In this document: piece by piece, positions 41,257-52,124 of the stretch
Layout: every line of letters begins with the position of its first letter
Position numbering within the stretch: the stretch's first letter is position 1
NCBI GenBank assembly: GCA_965246715.1
Contig: CBDFFH010000051.1
Span: 96,001-160,000 of the forward strand
Source: Chamaesiphon sp.
GTDB lineage: Bacteria > Cyanobacteriota > Cyanobacteriia > Cyanobacteriales > Chamaesiphonaceae
Length of the DNA: 64,000 bases
Direction: 5' to 3'
The notes under the pieces: generated by a model
The model's database searches: none
What the model was told of the DNA's origin: nothing
What the model saw: the letters and a program-made list of their open reading frames with translations, nothing else
Program-made: the position numbers and the translations under genes

Positions 41257-42066
41257 TTATTCACCCTTAAAAATTGCTGCTGCTAACTCCCGAAACTTCT
41301 GGGGATCGCCTTCTGGACGCGGCTGCTCTTGACGTTTGCGGGCATAGAGTTTTTCTAGCGTTGCCTGCCAATCGACGGCAATCTCTGGCTTTGTAGCAGG
41401 TTGCGCGCTCAGGATCTCGGCAATATATGTTTGGATCTCTTTTTGCGCTAACCAAATCCGGGCAATCACAGCGAGGTTGTCATCTTGTGCTACCACCAAA
41501 TCGAAATGGGTCAAGATTTGGCGCGTCAGTTCGGGAGTGGAGAGCGTACTGGCGATCGCGAGTTCTTGCAATCCGGTAATTGCGGCATAGCGCACGACCC
41601 ACTCATGGTCTCGGGAAATAATTAATAGTGCTGCGGCAACTCGTGTCTGAGCGGGTGCTATTTCTGGTGGCGGCAATTCATCCCAATGGAGTGTTCCTAA
41701 GCCTCTAGCCGCCGCACGTCTGACACTCAGGGCAAAATCATTTGTCGCAGCATCTAATAGTAGCTCGATCGCTTGCGGATCGCCAATTCCAGCTAACGCA
41801 CGTAACGCCCACGCTCTAGCTCCATAATTATAGCCATCCAACAGCTCCAGTAACGGTCTTACCGCTGGCTTACCCAGGGCAATCAGCCCGTCCACCGCTG
41901 CCACGGCTGCGCCAGGATTGTTGTAGCCTAAAACCATAATTAGATTGGGAATGGCGGCTTCTAGCCGCGCCTGGGATAACCGTTCGACAGCCTCTACCAT
42001 TCGGGTAGATGAATCTGCCTCAGCAATATCGCGCAGTAAGATTTCTAGCGAGTCAGGGGCGGTCAT
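41257..42066 (-). CDS. cpcF: Phycocyanin alpha-subunit lyase subunit CpcF (HEAT repeats)
   Basis: LGYNNPGAAVAAVDGL, LDGYNYGARAWA.RALAGIGDP, DFALSVRRAAARGLG, EWVVRYAA. Confidence 0.9.
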   Translation of the reverse strand: MTAPDSLEILLRDIAEADSSTRMVEAVERLSQARLEAAIPNLIMVLGYNNPGAAVAAVDGLIALGKPAVRPLLELLDGYNYGARAWALRALAGIGDPQAIELLLDAATNDFALSVRRAAARGLGTLHWDELPPPEIAPAQTRVAAALLIISRDHEWVVRYAAITGLQELAIASTLSTPELTRQILTHFDLVVAQDDNLAVIARIWLAQKEIQTYIAEILSAQPATKPEIAVDWQATLEKLYARKRQEQPRPEGDPQKFRELAAAIFKGE

Positions 42067-42202
42067 AAATTTGTCAATTGTGATGTATCGGTCTGCTCGC
42101 CCCTGACGATCGCCTCCTCTTTATATTTCTTAACAATGCTCACAAAAGAGATTGAGGAGAATGTATGTCGCAGAACTGGGTGCGAGTTCTACTCTATTCT
42201 AC

Positions 42203-42278
42203 GGCAAAAAAATTCCACCTAGTTTTAGAGGCACTTACTGACGATTTTGTTACCAAGCGGATCTAAATCTAGATGGGT
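42203..42278 (-). terminator. Putative intrinsic terminator after cpcB
   Basis: Minus strand CCCATCTAGATTTAGA...TCTAAAACTAGGTGG imperfect stem followed by a T-run. Confidence 0.45.
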
Positions 42279-42309
42279 AAACACAAATTATGAGGATGTA
42301 ATTGTTAGA

Positions 42310-42828
42310 TTACGCAACAGCAGCAGCAGCGCGATCGAAGTAACCAGCGACCTCCGACATCAAAGAGCTACAATCGCCATTGGTAATCCCGTTTCTGTCG
42401 TTAGCAATGGCTAAAGCGGCATCTTTCATCTTTTGGACACCAGCAGCTGTAGAACCACCAGGAACGCCCAGAGCGAGGTAAGTTTCGCGCAAACCATTCA
42501 AGCAGCGATCGTCCAAGACAGATGCATCGCCAGCAAAGATCGCATAAGTAACGTAGCGGAGAATGATTTCCATATCGCGCAAGCAAGCAGCCATGCGACG
42601 GTTGGTGTAAGCGTTCCCACCGGGAGCGATCAAGTTGGGTTGTTCGGCAAACAACGAACGTGCTGCGTTAGCGACGATCGTTGACGAGTTGCTCGTGATC
42701 CGGTTGACAGTATCCATCCGTTTGTTACCATCGGCAACCATTGCCGATAACGCATCTAATTGAGCGGCACTGATGTATTGACCTTGTGCGTCGGCTTGAG
42801 CCACTACTTTAGAGAATCCGTCTAACAT
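42310..42828 (-). CDS. cpcB: Phycocyanin beta subunit (172 aa), no cpcA adjacent
   Basis: [24 protein letters not shown] (Asn72, Cys82), [20 protein letters not shown] (Cys153). Confidence 0.96.
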   Translation of the reverse strand: MLDGFSKVVAQADAQGQYISAAQLDALSAMVADGNKRMDTVNRITSNSSTIVANAARSLFAEQPNLIAPGGNAYTNRRMAACLRDMEIILRYVTYAIFAGDASVLDDRCLNGLRETYLALGVPGGSTAAGVQKMKDAALAIANDRNGITNGDCSSLMSEVAGYFDRAAAAVA

Positions 42829-43204
42829 AATCTTCAATCCTGTAGATGTTTAATAATTTGTTCGGGATCGCATTTGCACGATCGGGTTTTGAGTATTACT
42901 GCAAATAGCTCGAATGCACTCATGCTCTCTGCTGGAGGACTCACACATCCAAGATAACCTCGGCAGCAACAGCTTGTTACTGCAATTGTTAGCTGCTTCA
43001 ATTATCTTTATACAATGGTAAAGGGATTCTTATCTATCTGCCATTCTCAAAAGTTAAGATTTTACGATCGTGGACAACAACTGATATGGCAGCGAGGTTG
43101 TAGTGTAAATACTCGATACCATAGTTACACCACGTTGAGGTGGCGATCTCGAAAATTTAGTTGGCGCTAGCTGCAATTTTATTCGCCGAGCTACGAGTGA
43201 GTAC

Positions 43205-43237
43205 AAAAAAGCTAGTTTCCCGATCGGGAAACTAGCT
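43205..43237 (-). terminator. Intrinsic terminator of the ABC operon
   Basis: Perfect palindrome AGCTAGTTTCCCGATCGGGAAACTAGCT with a T-run on the minus strand. Confidence 0.75.
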
Positions 43238-43262
43238 GGTGATTGCTCAAGGTTCAGAGCTG

Positions 43263-44933
43263 CTAACCGTTAGCCAATAACTGCTTGGTTTGTGACTGTC
43301 CAGTAACTTGGAGCTTGCGCTGTAACTGATAAGTCAAACCTGACAATAAGACTAACTGTGCGGCAAAGGTAGCAAGGATCGTACTACCAGCGAGATTGAA
43401 AATGCCGATCGGTGCAAATGGCGAGAATAATAATACGATCGCCGCAATTCCGGTGGGTGTTTGGTTGGGAGACAGGATAAAGGTGCAGCCGAGCGGTAAT
43501 AACATCACTCCTAGCACTATAGCGACGATCCATAAATTGCGCTTCTTGAAGTTGAGGAATAAACCCCAATGTGCGATCGCCGTATAAATCAGAATCAAAC
43601 TAGTACCCACACACAATCCAGCGATAAAGCGGAAGCTAAAACTAAACGCGTTACCCGAGATCAGAACGACTGGAATCCATAATGCGAGCGCTATTCCCAG
43701 ATCGATCGAGATTGCCAGCAATGCGGGGCTTTTATCATTACCGACTAAATCCTGTAACAGATCGCGTTGCCACAGCTTACGTGCTTGAGTGCGGCGTTCG
43801 CGGCGGTAGCGGCTCCAATCTTGGAGCGCTTGCTTGCTAGGCAACAATAGCGGAATTAGGAAAAATAAACCGATGAAATCAAGCGTCGCCCAAGCACTGA
43901 GTTGAGACTTTAGACTATAACCATCTGTTGTTGCTAATGCCGAGATCGCAAAGCCGGCAATCCAAACTTGGAAACAGAAGTTGAGTAAATAACTCTGAAA
44001 TTTAGCAACGACTGTAGCAGTGGGATTTAGATAGCGACGTTCTAAAGCTTGCCAGATCCAGTAAGTTGTTACCAAGCACGAGCCAACGATAAAAGCATAA
44101 AGCCAGAGCGCACTCGCACTAATCGGCAATCCAAACCATCGCAAGATCGATGAATAGGGTTTAATCAGCCATTCGGAACGCTCGATCGTAGCGCTGGCAA
44201 AGGTATTAATCATCAGCACCATCATTCCGGTCGGCCAAGCAACAGCACCAACTGTCAAGATGGCTTGAATCCCGCCGAGTAGAACGTAGAGAGTTGCGGT
44301 ACTCGCCAGTAAAAACCAGCCTGCCCCGATCGTCGCATACCATCCAGCAAGTAGTGGGATACTGGCACCAGCACTAATACCCGCAATGAGGTGCAATGGG
44401 ACCATCAAACTGGCAGCGAGATAGACCAAACTCGGCACGCCCAAGATTTTACCGAGGAAAATCGTGCTTGCCGATTGGGGACTGAGCCGAATAAAGTTCA
44501 GCGTCCCACGCTTTTCTTCTTGGACTAAATCTGCAACCAACAGGTAAACCGTTCCTAAGATTAACCCCATTGCTAACATCCAGCTCAAGCAGACAAATAC
44601 ATCCAACCACCAAGTCTGCCAGTTGATATTAAATGCCAAATTAACGCTCGAGCTTAGAGTACATATGCTCGAGCGAGAATATTCTTCAACTGCTCCTGAT
44701 ACCTTACAATAATGGCTATAGTTTTCCGCTATCTCCGAAGCACCATCTTTAGTAGTATAGGTAATCGGTATGGGAATCTGACTGTTATAGTAAAACCACA
44801 CAAATCCTTGAATTAATATCGCTGTTCCAGTCGCAAGTCCAATATTTTTAAGTGACAGTCGTTCTTTGAGTTCGCGAAAGATCTGTGGGTTCCACTCACC
44901 CAGTCGATCGATTAAATTAGTTGTTTTTGTCAT
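43263..44933 (-). CDS. ABC-2 type permease
   Basis: WNPQIFRE, EEKRGTLNFIRLSPQS...GKILG; many TM helices. Confidence 0.85.
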   Translation of the reverse strand: MTKTTNLIDRLGEWNPQIFRELKERLSLKNIGLATGTAILIQGFVWFYYNSQIPIPITYTTKDGASEIAENYSHYCKVSGAVEEYSRSSICTLSSSVNLAFNINWQTWWLDVFVCLSWMLAMGLILGTVYLLVADLVQEEKRGTLNFIRLSPQSASTIFLGKILGVPSLVYLAASLMVPLHLIAGISAGASIPLLAGWYATIGAGWFLLASTATLYVLLGGIQAILTVGAVAWPTGMMVLMINTFASATIERSEWLIKPYSSILRWFGLPISASALWLYAFIVGSCLVTTYWIWQALERRYLNPTATVVAKFQSYLLNFCFQVWIAGFAISALATTDGYSLKSQLSAWATLDFIGLFFLIPLLLPSKQALQDWSRYRRERRTQARKLWQRDLLQDLVGNDKSPALLAISIDLGIALALWIPVVLISGNAFSFSFRFIAGLCVGTSLILIYTAIAHWGLFLNFKKRNLWIVAIVLGVMLLPLGCTFILSPNQTPTGIAAIVLLFSPFAPIGIFNLAGSTILATFAAQLVLLSGLTYQLQRKLQVTGQSQTKQLLANG

Positions 44934-45026
44934 AATTCACCTTTACAATCTTAGTAATTAACAGACGATCCAATTGGCGTATTTTTTAAAAAACTATCTT
45001 TTCGGGAGAGAACAGCGATCTGAGCA

Positions 45027-46565
45027 TTATCCACGAACTTGTAATTCTCCAACACGTAATAGTTGATGTTTAAAAAATCTGAGAAATTTCATCGATATCC
45101 ATACTTGCGATAACATAGTTATGCCGATCGTCAGCAGCGATAATTGAGAGATGCCGAACCAGAAAAATGGTGAGAATAATAATCCGATGCAGCCGATATC
45201 TTTGTAAAGATGATGTGATTGCCAGCTTGTCATAAACATCCATCCAAAGATTAGTGGGATCAATGACATCAATAAAAACAGTGGAAGGATCCCGCTATTT
45301 TTGATTTGAGCTTGTAAAACCATCTGTTGCGCGACGATCGTATAGATCAGTGAGAGGAGAGTCGCGATCGCGAGACCGAACATGAATTTTATACATAAAT
45401 CGAGATTGTGCGAGACAATAAATGTACCGATGGCTAATCCACCCCAGCAGATTGCGGCAATTGCTAAATTGATTAGCACTGCTAAAATTACTGGACTGCG
45501 ATCGTGCCACATTAATTCCTGAATTAAGTCCGGATCTCGCCAATTAAATCGGTGTCGATCGGGATATTTTTCCAGCCACGATCGCATCCACTCATGCAGC
45601 GATTTATGGCTTGGTAAAATTAGGGGAATCAGCCACACGAGCGAGAAAGCACCGAGTGATTGAAATATCCCTAGCACCATCAAGTTAAGATCGGCTGATG
45701 TAGAGTTGAGATGTGGTAGGGCAAACCCAATCAGCCATACCTGAACGATCGCATTTATTTGGTAACTATGTTGTTTCTCAATTACAGTACTGTTGGAATT
45801 GAGATATTTACGATCGATCGCGATCCATAGCCAATTACTGAGCGTGAGTAAGGTAACACAGCTAAACAAATCGGCCAGCCAAATATTATTACTAATCGGT
45901 AAGTAAAACCAGGTATATGCAGGTGGATCGATCGTCATCCACGATTGTTTACCGATCGCGGCAGTTAAGTACCGATCGTAAACACCGATCGCACTGATAA
46001 TCGGCCAAGAGGTTAATGCTGCAAATAAAATTGCGCGGTTACCACCATATAAAATATATAAACTAGTAACGATCGTGCAAAAGTAACCAAACACACCAAT
46101 CGTCACATACCAAGCTAACATCAGCCCCAGATTTGCCCCAATTGCGAGCGCCAGACTTAAATGCAGCGGCACGAAAGAGAGTATTGCCAGATAGACTAAA
46201 CTCGGAACTCCCAGAAGCTTACCGTGGAAAATACTTTTCCCAGACTGTGGACTAGATCGAATAAATTCAAAAGTGCCGCTTTTTCGCTCGTGATTGATGT
46301 CAGTAATTAGTGCATAAATGCCACCAACGATCGCGATCGTTGGCAACAGCCAATTTAAAGCATGAAAGCCACTATAAAACCTTTCGTCCTCTACCTTACC
46401 ACTGAATAACCATAGAACAGTAAGTGCCTGGACGAGACTAGCAGCAACTAAAATGACAGTTATGCTAGTATTGGTAAATTTACCATTTATCTCTCGTAAT
46501 AACTGTGGATTCCAATCGCCGATCCGCTCGGTAAATTTTGCTAGCTTCATCTTATCTATCCACAT
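45027..46565 (-). CDS. ABC-2 type permease (paralog)
   Basis: WNPQLLRE, ERKSGTFEFIRSSPQS...GKLLG. Confidence 0.85.
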   Translation of the reverse strand: MWIDKMKLAKFTERIGDWNPQLLREINGKFTNTSITVILVAASLVQALTVLWLFSGKVEDERFYSGFHALNWLLPTIAIVGGIYALITDINHERKSGTFEFIRSSPQSGKSIFHGKLLGVPSLVYLAILSFVPLHLSLALAIGANLGLMLAWYVTIGVFGYFCTIVTSLYILYGGNRAILFAALTSWPIISAIGVYDRYLTAAIGKQSWMTIDPPAYTWFYLPISNNIWLADLFSCVTLLTLSNWLWIAIDRKYLNSNSTVIEKQHSYQINAIVQVWLIGFALPHLNSTSADLNLMVLGIFQSLGAFSLVWLIPLILPSHKSLHEWMRSWLEKYPDRHRFNWRDPDLIQELMWHDRSPVILAVLINLAIAAICWGGLAIGTFIVSHNLDLCIKFMFGLAIATLLSLIYTIVAQQMVLQAQIKNSGILPLFLLMSLIPLIFGWMFMTSWQSHHLYKDIGCIGLLFSPFFWFGISQLSLLTIGITMLSQVWISMKFLRFFKHQLLRVGELQVRG

Positions 46566-46578
46566 CTCAACTACATTA

Positions 46579-47529
46579 CTAAGAAGCCTGTTGATGTCCT
46601 AATTTTAAGAAAATAGTTTCGAGATCTTCTTGCGTACATTGGAAATTAGTAATCGGTAATTGGGCGTGAATTAACGCTTTCAATAACTCTGCTGCATCCT
46701 CCTCAGTACCTGCAAATCCAAACCTGATTTGATTCGTGCCTACTAATAATTCGACTTCGGAAATGAGGGAATTACCTTTTAATTCACGCTTGAGTTTTTC
46801 TAAATCGCCTAATGTCCCGATCGTAATTTGCTGACGACTCAACCGTTGATAGAGATCTTGGAGCCGACAACTTTCAACCAAAAAGCCTAACTCCATAATC
46901 CCCACTGACGTACAAAGTTCGGCTAAGTCACTTAAGACGTGGGACGAAATCAATACCGTCATGCCAGCTTCTTGGAGCGTCTTAATAATCTGGCGAAACT
47001 GCATCCGCGCGATCGGATCTAATCCCGATACAGGTTCATCTAATAATAGTAAAATCGGCTCGTGAATAATCGTCCGTGCCAGACTCAACCGCTGTTTCAT
47101 CCCCCGCGAGAGCGTAGCAATCTTACTATTGCGCTTGGTGCTCAGTTGCACCAACTCGAGCACATCATACAACCGTCGTTGACGACGTTCGGCTGTGAGT
47201 TTATATAGCCTAGCAAAATAATCGAGATAATCCCAAACTGTGAGGTCGTCATACAAGGGAAAATCATCGGGTAGATACCCTAGCAATCGCTTAAGATTGG
47301 CGTTACTGCGATCGCGCAGCAATCGTTCGCCATTAATGTAGATCTCGCCCACTGTCGGCTCTTCAGCGGCAGCGAGCATCCGCATCAGGGTCGTTTTTCC
47401 GGCACCATTCGGGCCGATCAATCCATAGACTTCCCCTGCTTGGACTTCCAGTTCTACGCCATGTACGGCAATATGTCGATCGAATTGTTTGGTTAAGTCT
47501 TCTGTCCGAATTGCCAATTCTGTCGCCAT
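46579..47529 (-). CDS. ABC transporter ATP-binding protein
   Basis: GPNGAGKTT, LSRGMKQR, LLDEPVSGLDP, SSH. Confidence 0.95.
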   Translation of the reverse strand: MATELAIRTEDLTKQFDRHIAVHGVELEVQAGEVYGLIGPNGAGKTTLMRMLAAAEEPTVGEIYINGERLLRDRSNANLKRLLGYLPDDFPLYDDLTVWDYLDYFARLYKLTAERRQRRLYDVLELVQLSTKRNSKIATLSRGMKQRLSLARTIIHEPILLLLDEPVSGLDPIARMQFRQIIKTLQEAGMTVLISSHVLSDLAELCTSVGIMELGFLVESCRLQDLYQRLSRQQITIGTLGDLEKLKRELKGNSLISEVELLVGTNQIRFGFAGTEEDAAELLKALIHAQLPITNFQCTQEDLETIFLKLGHQQAS

Positions 47530-47879
47530 AAGTCAAGAGCAGTGCGGTATTAGTGTTATTGTACCCAGATCGAGTTGCCAGATAAAGCTTCGTGCGAACA
47601 CGCGCTCTCTTTTAGATACAATCGCTAAACTACCAGTTACGGAAATTTGCCGAGCGATTGTATCGCTCTTATTCAAATTAATGCTTGGTAGCAGAACCAG
47701 ATAAGACACTCGCGATCGAATCGAGGTTTAGCAGGAGCGGTTTCCAATCAAATGAGGAACATTTACTAGCCGCCAGCCTGTCGGTGAGCGAAGTCGAACC
47801 GCTAGCCACTAAAACCACTAATAATGCAGCAATTCTCATTATGGAATTTCAACTGGTATTGAGGGGTAAATCTAGCTCT

Positions 47880-48090
47880 AGACCTTGAATCCTAAAAGTG
47901 AGGAGGCGATGCTGCGCCCCTTACTCTTTCTTTAACTAGCCTGCCAACATGTCGTTCGCTGATAGTCTCGACAATCCCTTGTTGGATCATTTCTAGAGCT
48001 AATTCTCGTGCACTCCAATGACTTAATGGACGGTTGTATTTCTCCGGTGGCTCGCAGGCTAGGGCATATAACTGGGTAATCTGTTCCATT
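47880..48090 (-). pseudogene. IS630-type transposase HTH fragment
   Basis: EQITQLYALACEPPEKYNRPLSHWSARELA...ISERHVGR; no DDE part. Confidence 0.75.
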
Positions 48091-48445
48091 GGACTTTGGA
48101 CAAGATTGAGACTGAAAAGGGAGGAAAGCCAGATCGAAAAGGATATCGAAGAGGGGCACGCCATAATTGAAAATGATTCAAAACCGCATTCTATCATCGA
48201 TCGAAAAACAGTAGTAAAACAGTAACTTTCGTCACATTGAAAGGGCTGGGTGGGCACTGCCCACAGATTATATGTGGTCGAAGGACTAAGAACTTAAACT
48301 GTTTTATTCGATCGAGTAATATCTTCAATCTTCATCCTACTTTTTCAGACTTTCGATCGCGAATAAACTCCCAACGCGATCCGACTGACAATAGTTGTGG
48401 AGAAATTTATAGTAGAAGCAACCACCACATACCGACAGGTGAATC

Positions 48446-49360
48446 ATGGTTTTGCTCATCTCCACTAGCATCGATCGATCGATCGACTTTGACTTCGATC
48501 GAATCATAAATCCACTCGTCGATACTTATTTAAAGCTAGATTGTTTACGAGGTCGCATTCAAGATTTACCACAACAATTTATCGCTCCGAAACCGCGTAG
48601 ATGGGCATCTATTGATTGGCAAAGTATTAATTCCCATCAGATTATCGGGATCGAACCAGAACTATTTTTAGCAATCCTCAAAGGCTCGATCGATACAGAG
48701 GCACCAATTCGCGGCTATACCCAAACTAGTCGGCAATATCTGGCACCGATTCATCCGCAAATGGCAAAATTTGTTGGCGGTGCTATTGATGAGGTTGGGA
48801 GCCTGCACAGAGGGTTGTGGGAACTAGAAGAATGCCGTCATACACCAGCTCTGCTTGCCATCTATCGGCAACTCAGCGGCGAAAAAATCAAACCAACAGT
48901 CAAACAAGCACGTCCGTATCAACCTACTGATTGTGCCAGTCGCGATCTGTATCGGCATGGTTTGCATCGAATTCTTACCGAGTATGGGGCTACCTGTTTA
49001 TATTTGTGGCTGATGGGGCATTCTACAGGTATGCTGCGACAAATCTTGGGTGAATTAGTCACGGATGAAGTCAATCATTTGACTAAATTCTGGGGCTTTG
49101 GTGTGTGGTTGTATCCCCAGCCACAGGGATCGCGATTTATCTACAGTTGTCAACAGCTATTGTCAGATCGCTCGCATGGGAATAACCTACTCAAAACATA
49201 TCGACGCATGATGTCTGTCCTCCACTGGAATAAGTGGCAGTGGCAACATCGCCGCGAAATAATTTATACCTTTTATCTAGTAATGCACCAGCTTTTAATT
49301 TGGCATCAAACTTTAAGTATTGCCAATTTAGAACATCTTTTCGGAGCATCGATCGATTAG
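48446..49360 (+). CDS. Ferritin-like diiron-carboxylate protein
   Basis: TEAP; two ExxH motifs (EECRH, DEVNH); TEYGA. Confidence 0.8.
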   Translation: MVLLISTSIDRSIDFDFDRIINPLVDTYLKLDCLRGRIQDLPQQFIAPKPRRWASIDWQSINSHQIIGIEPELFLAILKGSIDTEAPIRGYTQTSRQYLAPIHPQMAKFVGGAIDEVGSLHRGLWELEECRHTPALLAIYRQLSGEKIKPTVKQARPYQPTDCASRDLYRHGLHRILTEYGATCLYLWLMGHSTGMLRQILGELVTDEVNHLTKFWGFGVWLYPQPQGSRFIYSCQQLLSDRSHGNNLLKTYRRMMSVLHWNKWQWQHRREIIYTFYLVMHQLLIWHQTLSIANLEHLFGASID

Positions 49361-49385
49361 AAAACAAATAACAACTAAAAATCGG

Positions 49386-50129
49386 ATGAGTACTCAATTA
49401 ATTACTAAACTGCCCGCAATTTTAGATCCGACCAAAATGCCCCAACACATCGCCGCGATCGCGGATGGCAATGGTAGGTGGGCAAAACAACAAGGATTGC
49501 CGCGTATCGCCGGACACCAGCAGGGTGCGGCAACAGTAAAATCATTACTATATTGTTGTCGGGATTGGGGGATTGCTAATTTTAGCCTCTACGCTTTCTC
49601 GACTGAAAACTGGGGGAGACCAGCGGCTGAAGTCGATTTTTTGATGCGCTTATTTGAAGGATTATTAGATAGCGAATTAGCCCAAATGCACGCGGAAGGC
49701 GTACGGATTCGGTTTCTGGGCGATCGATCGCAAGTCCCGATCTCGCTGCAAAAGATGATGGATAAATCGATCGAGAAAACCACTGACAATAAAGGTGTTA
49801 CCTTTAATATTGCGATTAATTATGGCAGCCGTCATGAAATCCTACAGGCATGTAGATCGATCGCCGAACGTGTTCGGTTAGGTGAATTAAATCCTCAAGA
49901 TATTAATGAGTCGATGTTCTCACAATATTTAGATACACAAGGATTACCCGACCCAGATTTATTGATTAGGACTAGTGGCGAACAGCGGCTGAGTAACTTT
50001 TTATTATGGCAACTCGCCTATACTGAAATCTATATCAGCGATACTCATTGGCCGGCATTTAGTACCGATGAATTTGCCGATGCGATCGCCGATTATCAAC
50101 AACGTCATCGGCGGTTTGGGAAGGTTTAA
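49386..50129 (+). CDS. uppS: cis-Isoprenyl transferase (undecaprenyl diphosphate synthase family)
   Basis: DGNGRWA, YAFSTENWGRP, NYGSR, PDLLIRTSGEQRLSNFLLWQ, RRFG. Confidence 0.93.
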   Translation: MSTQLITKLPAILDPTKMPQHIAAIADGNGRWAKQQGLPRIAGHQQGAATVKSLLYCCRDWGIANFSLYAFSTENWGRPAAEVDFLMRLFEGLLDSELAQMHAEGVRIRFLGDRSQVPISLQKMMDKSIEKTTDNKGVTFNIAINYGSRHEILQACRSIAERVRLGELNPQDINESMFSQYLDTQGLPDPDLLIRTSGEQRLSNFLLWQLAYTEIYISDTHWPAFSTDEFADAIADYQQRHRRFGKV

Positions 50130-50173
50130 GGGTAACTCGATCGAATCCCTTCCTTGTTTAGTTCTAGTTAGTC

Positions 50174-50620
50174 ATGAATAGCATCGATCGAACTTCACGA
50201 AATTTATGGGTAGGGATTGGTTGTCAGCGGGGGGTGAGTAAACTGGCGATCGAAAAGGCGATCGAGTCTATATTCACCGAGTACGATCTCGATCTTGCCA
50301 CAATTGTTGGGATTGCGACGATCGATCTCAAGGCTGATGAGGTCGGATTGGTCGATTATTGTCGCGAATCGGGATTGTTTTTAAAAACTTATAGCGCAGA
50401 ACGGCTAAATTCCGTTAGTGTCGATCGTGAAGACTGCGTGGCGCGAGATCGAGCGGCGCTCTTAGTTTCAGCGTTGGTCGGGACTCCTAGTGTCGCTGAA
50501 GCAGCGGCTTTAGCTGCAGCGCAAACTGATATTTTGTTAGTATCAAAACAAAAATTTCAATTAGATAATGCATCTAAATTAGTAACTCTTGCAGTTGCCA
50601 AAGTAGATCCCTCTAAATAG
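50174..50620 (+). CDS. Cobalamin biosynthesis CobE/CbiG C-terminal domain protein
   Basis: VGIGCQRG, ATIDLKADE.GL, SVAEAAAL, VTLAVA. Confidence 0.85.
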   Translation: MNSIDRTSRNLWVGIGCQRGVSKLAIEKAIESIFTEYDLDLATIVGIATIDLKADEVGLVDYCRESGLFLKTYSAERLNSVSVDREDCVARDRAALLVSALVGTPSVAEAAALAAAQTDILLVSKQKFQLDNASKLVTLAVAKVDPSK

Positions 50621-50683
50621 AATAGACAGCAAAAATCGGCGCTGCTGTATACAAAGATGATTTACCATTGTTTCGATCGCTAA

Positions 50684-50727
50684 AATTTAGAGTAGGGGCA
50701 ATTCATGAATTGCCCCTACTCTAAATT
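50684..50727. repeat. Perfect GTAG-REP palindrome (empty form), between convergent genes
   Basis: AATTTAGAGTAGGGGCAATTCATGAATTGCCCCTACTCTAAATT. Confidence 0.85.
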
Positions 50728-50789
50728 CATACCTCAATCCAGCAACACCCAATTTTTTAAATTAACAACTTATCAGCATACCTACCAAA

Positions 50790-51869
50790 TTATTTCGCTG
50801 CTAATTCCACACCAAATACCTGTGCGAAGACTTTGTTTACCTTCGAGCCAGAATCGATCGATTCCAATGGATCTTTCCGCAACCGATGGCGCAGACAGAG
50901 GGCGATAATGCGTTTGATATCATCGATCGTGACCTCAGTGCGACCCTCAAAGGCTGCTAAAGCCTTGGCAGCGCGATTGGTGACGATATCACCGCGCAGT
51001 CCATCGACATCACATTCCGAGCAGACTTGGGAGATTTTCACGCGCAGGTCGTAGTCGAGATTGACAGTGGGTAGTCTGGTTTGAGCATCAACGATCCGCT
51101 GTTGGAGCGATACCTGTTCCGATTGATAATCGGTGGTGAACTTGTGCGGCTCGCGATCGAAATCCGATCGCTGTTCGACGATTTGCACCCGGAGTTCTGG
51201 CTCTTTAACTGTGCGAATTTCTGCGTGCATTCCAAACCTGTCGAGTAATTGCGGACGCAATTCACCTTCTTCAGGATTTCCCGAACCGACTAACACAAAA
51301 CGCGCGGGGTGACGAATCGAAATCCCTTCACGTTCGACGGTATTCCAACCGCTAGCTGCGGAATCTAGCAACACATCGACAAGGTGATCGTCGAGTAGAT
51401 TGACTTCATCCACATATAAGATGCCGCGATTGGCTTTAGCCAGCAATCCTGGTTCAAAAGCTTTGACACCTTCAGAGAGTGCTTTTTCAATATCGATCGT
51501 TCCACACACCCGATCCTCGGTCGCACCTAATGGTAGATCCACCATCGGTACATTTTTTTTAGCGACGGGGAAAGTTGCATGAGTCGATAGAAACTCAGAT
51601 CGCAGTTCCTCACTCATCAGATCGGGGTCGCTCGGATGGCTATTGAAAGGATCTCCAGCGACGACATCGATTTCTGGGAGTAGATCTGCGAGTGCGCGAA
51701 TAGTAGTAGACTTACCCGTACCACGATCGCCCATGATCATTACCCCACCGATAAAGGGGTCGATGACATTCAATAACAGAGCTAATTTCATTTCCTCTTG
51801 CCCCACAATGGCAGTAAACGGAAATACAACCCGACGCGCTGTAGCGGGCGATTGGACAGTAGCAGCCAC
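50790..51869 (-). CDS. chlI: Magnesium chelatase subunit I
   Basis: [43 protein letters not shown]. Confidence 0.97.
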   Translation of the reverse strand: MAATVQSPATARRVVFPFTAIVGQEEMKLALLLNVIDPFIGGVMIMGDRGTGKSTTIRALADLLPEIDVVAGDPFNSHPSDPDLMSEELRSEFLSTHATFPVAKKNVPMVDLPLGATEDRVCGTIDIEKALSEGVKAFEPGLLAKANRGILYVDEVNLLDDHLVDVLLDSAASGWNTVEREGISIRHPARFVLVGSGNPEEGELRPQLLDRFGMHAEIRTVKEPELRVQIVEQRSDFDREPHKFTTDYQSEQVSLQQRIVDAQTRLPTVNLDYDLRVKISQVCSECDVDGLRGDIVTNRAAKALAAFEGRTEVTIDDIKRIIALCLRHRLRKDPLESIDSGSKVNKVFAQVFGVELAAK

Positions 51870-51952
51870 GGTGATTACCTATTTTAAATAATTTTCTTAT
51901 CGCCCTTTATTATAGAGGTTCGCGGCACGAGAGCCTAGCTACCTACAACTCA

Positions 51953-52002
51953 AGCGGTTAAAACCGCTGCTCGTGCTGCAAAGTCCGCCTTCGCGGACTT
52001 TG
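51953..52002. repeat. Two-hairpin dispersed repeat (...AAGTCCGC-N4-GCGGACT family)
   Basis: AGCGGTTAAAACCGCT plus CAAAGTCCGCCTTCGCGGACTTTG; relatives at 56731-56819 and inside the family B MITEs. Confidence 0.7.
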
Positions 52003-52124
52003 GATCGCTAGTTGGCATTCTAGTAAGTAGCAACTTGGGCTAGCTACTAATTTGTCATCTCAGCACTCGATCGCAATTCATGAGATTATCCGAAGAGATA
52101 GATCGTCACTGAGATTCGGTAACT

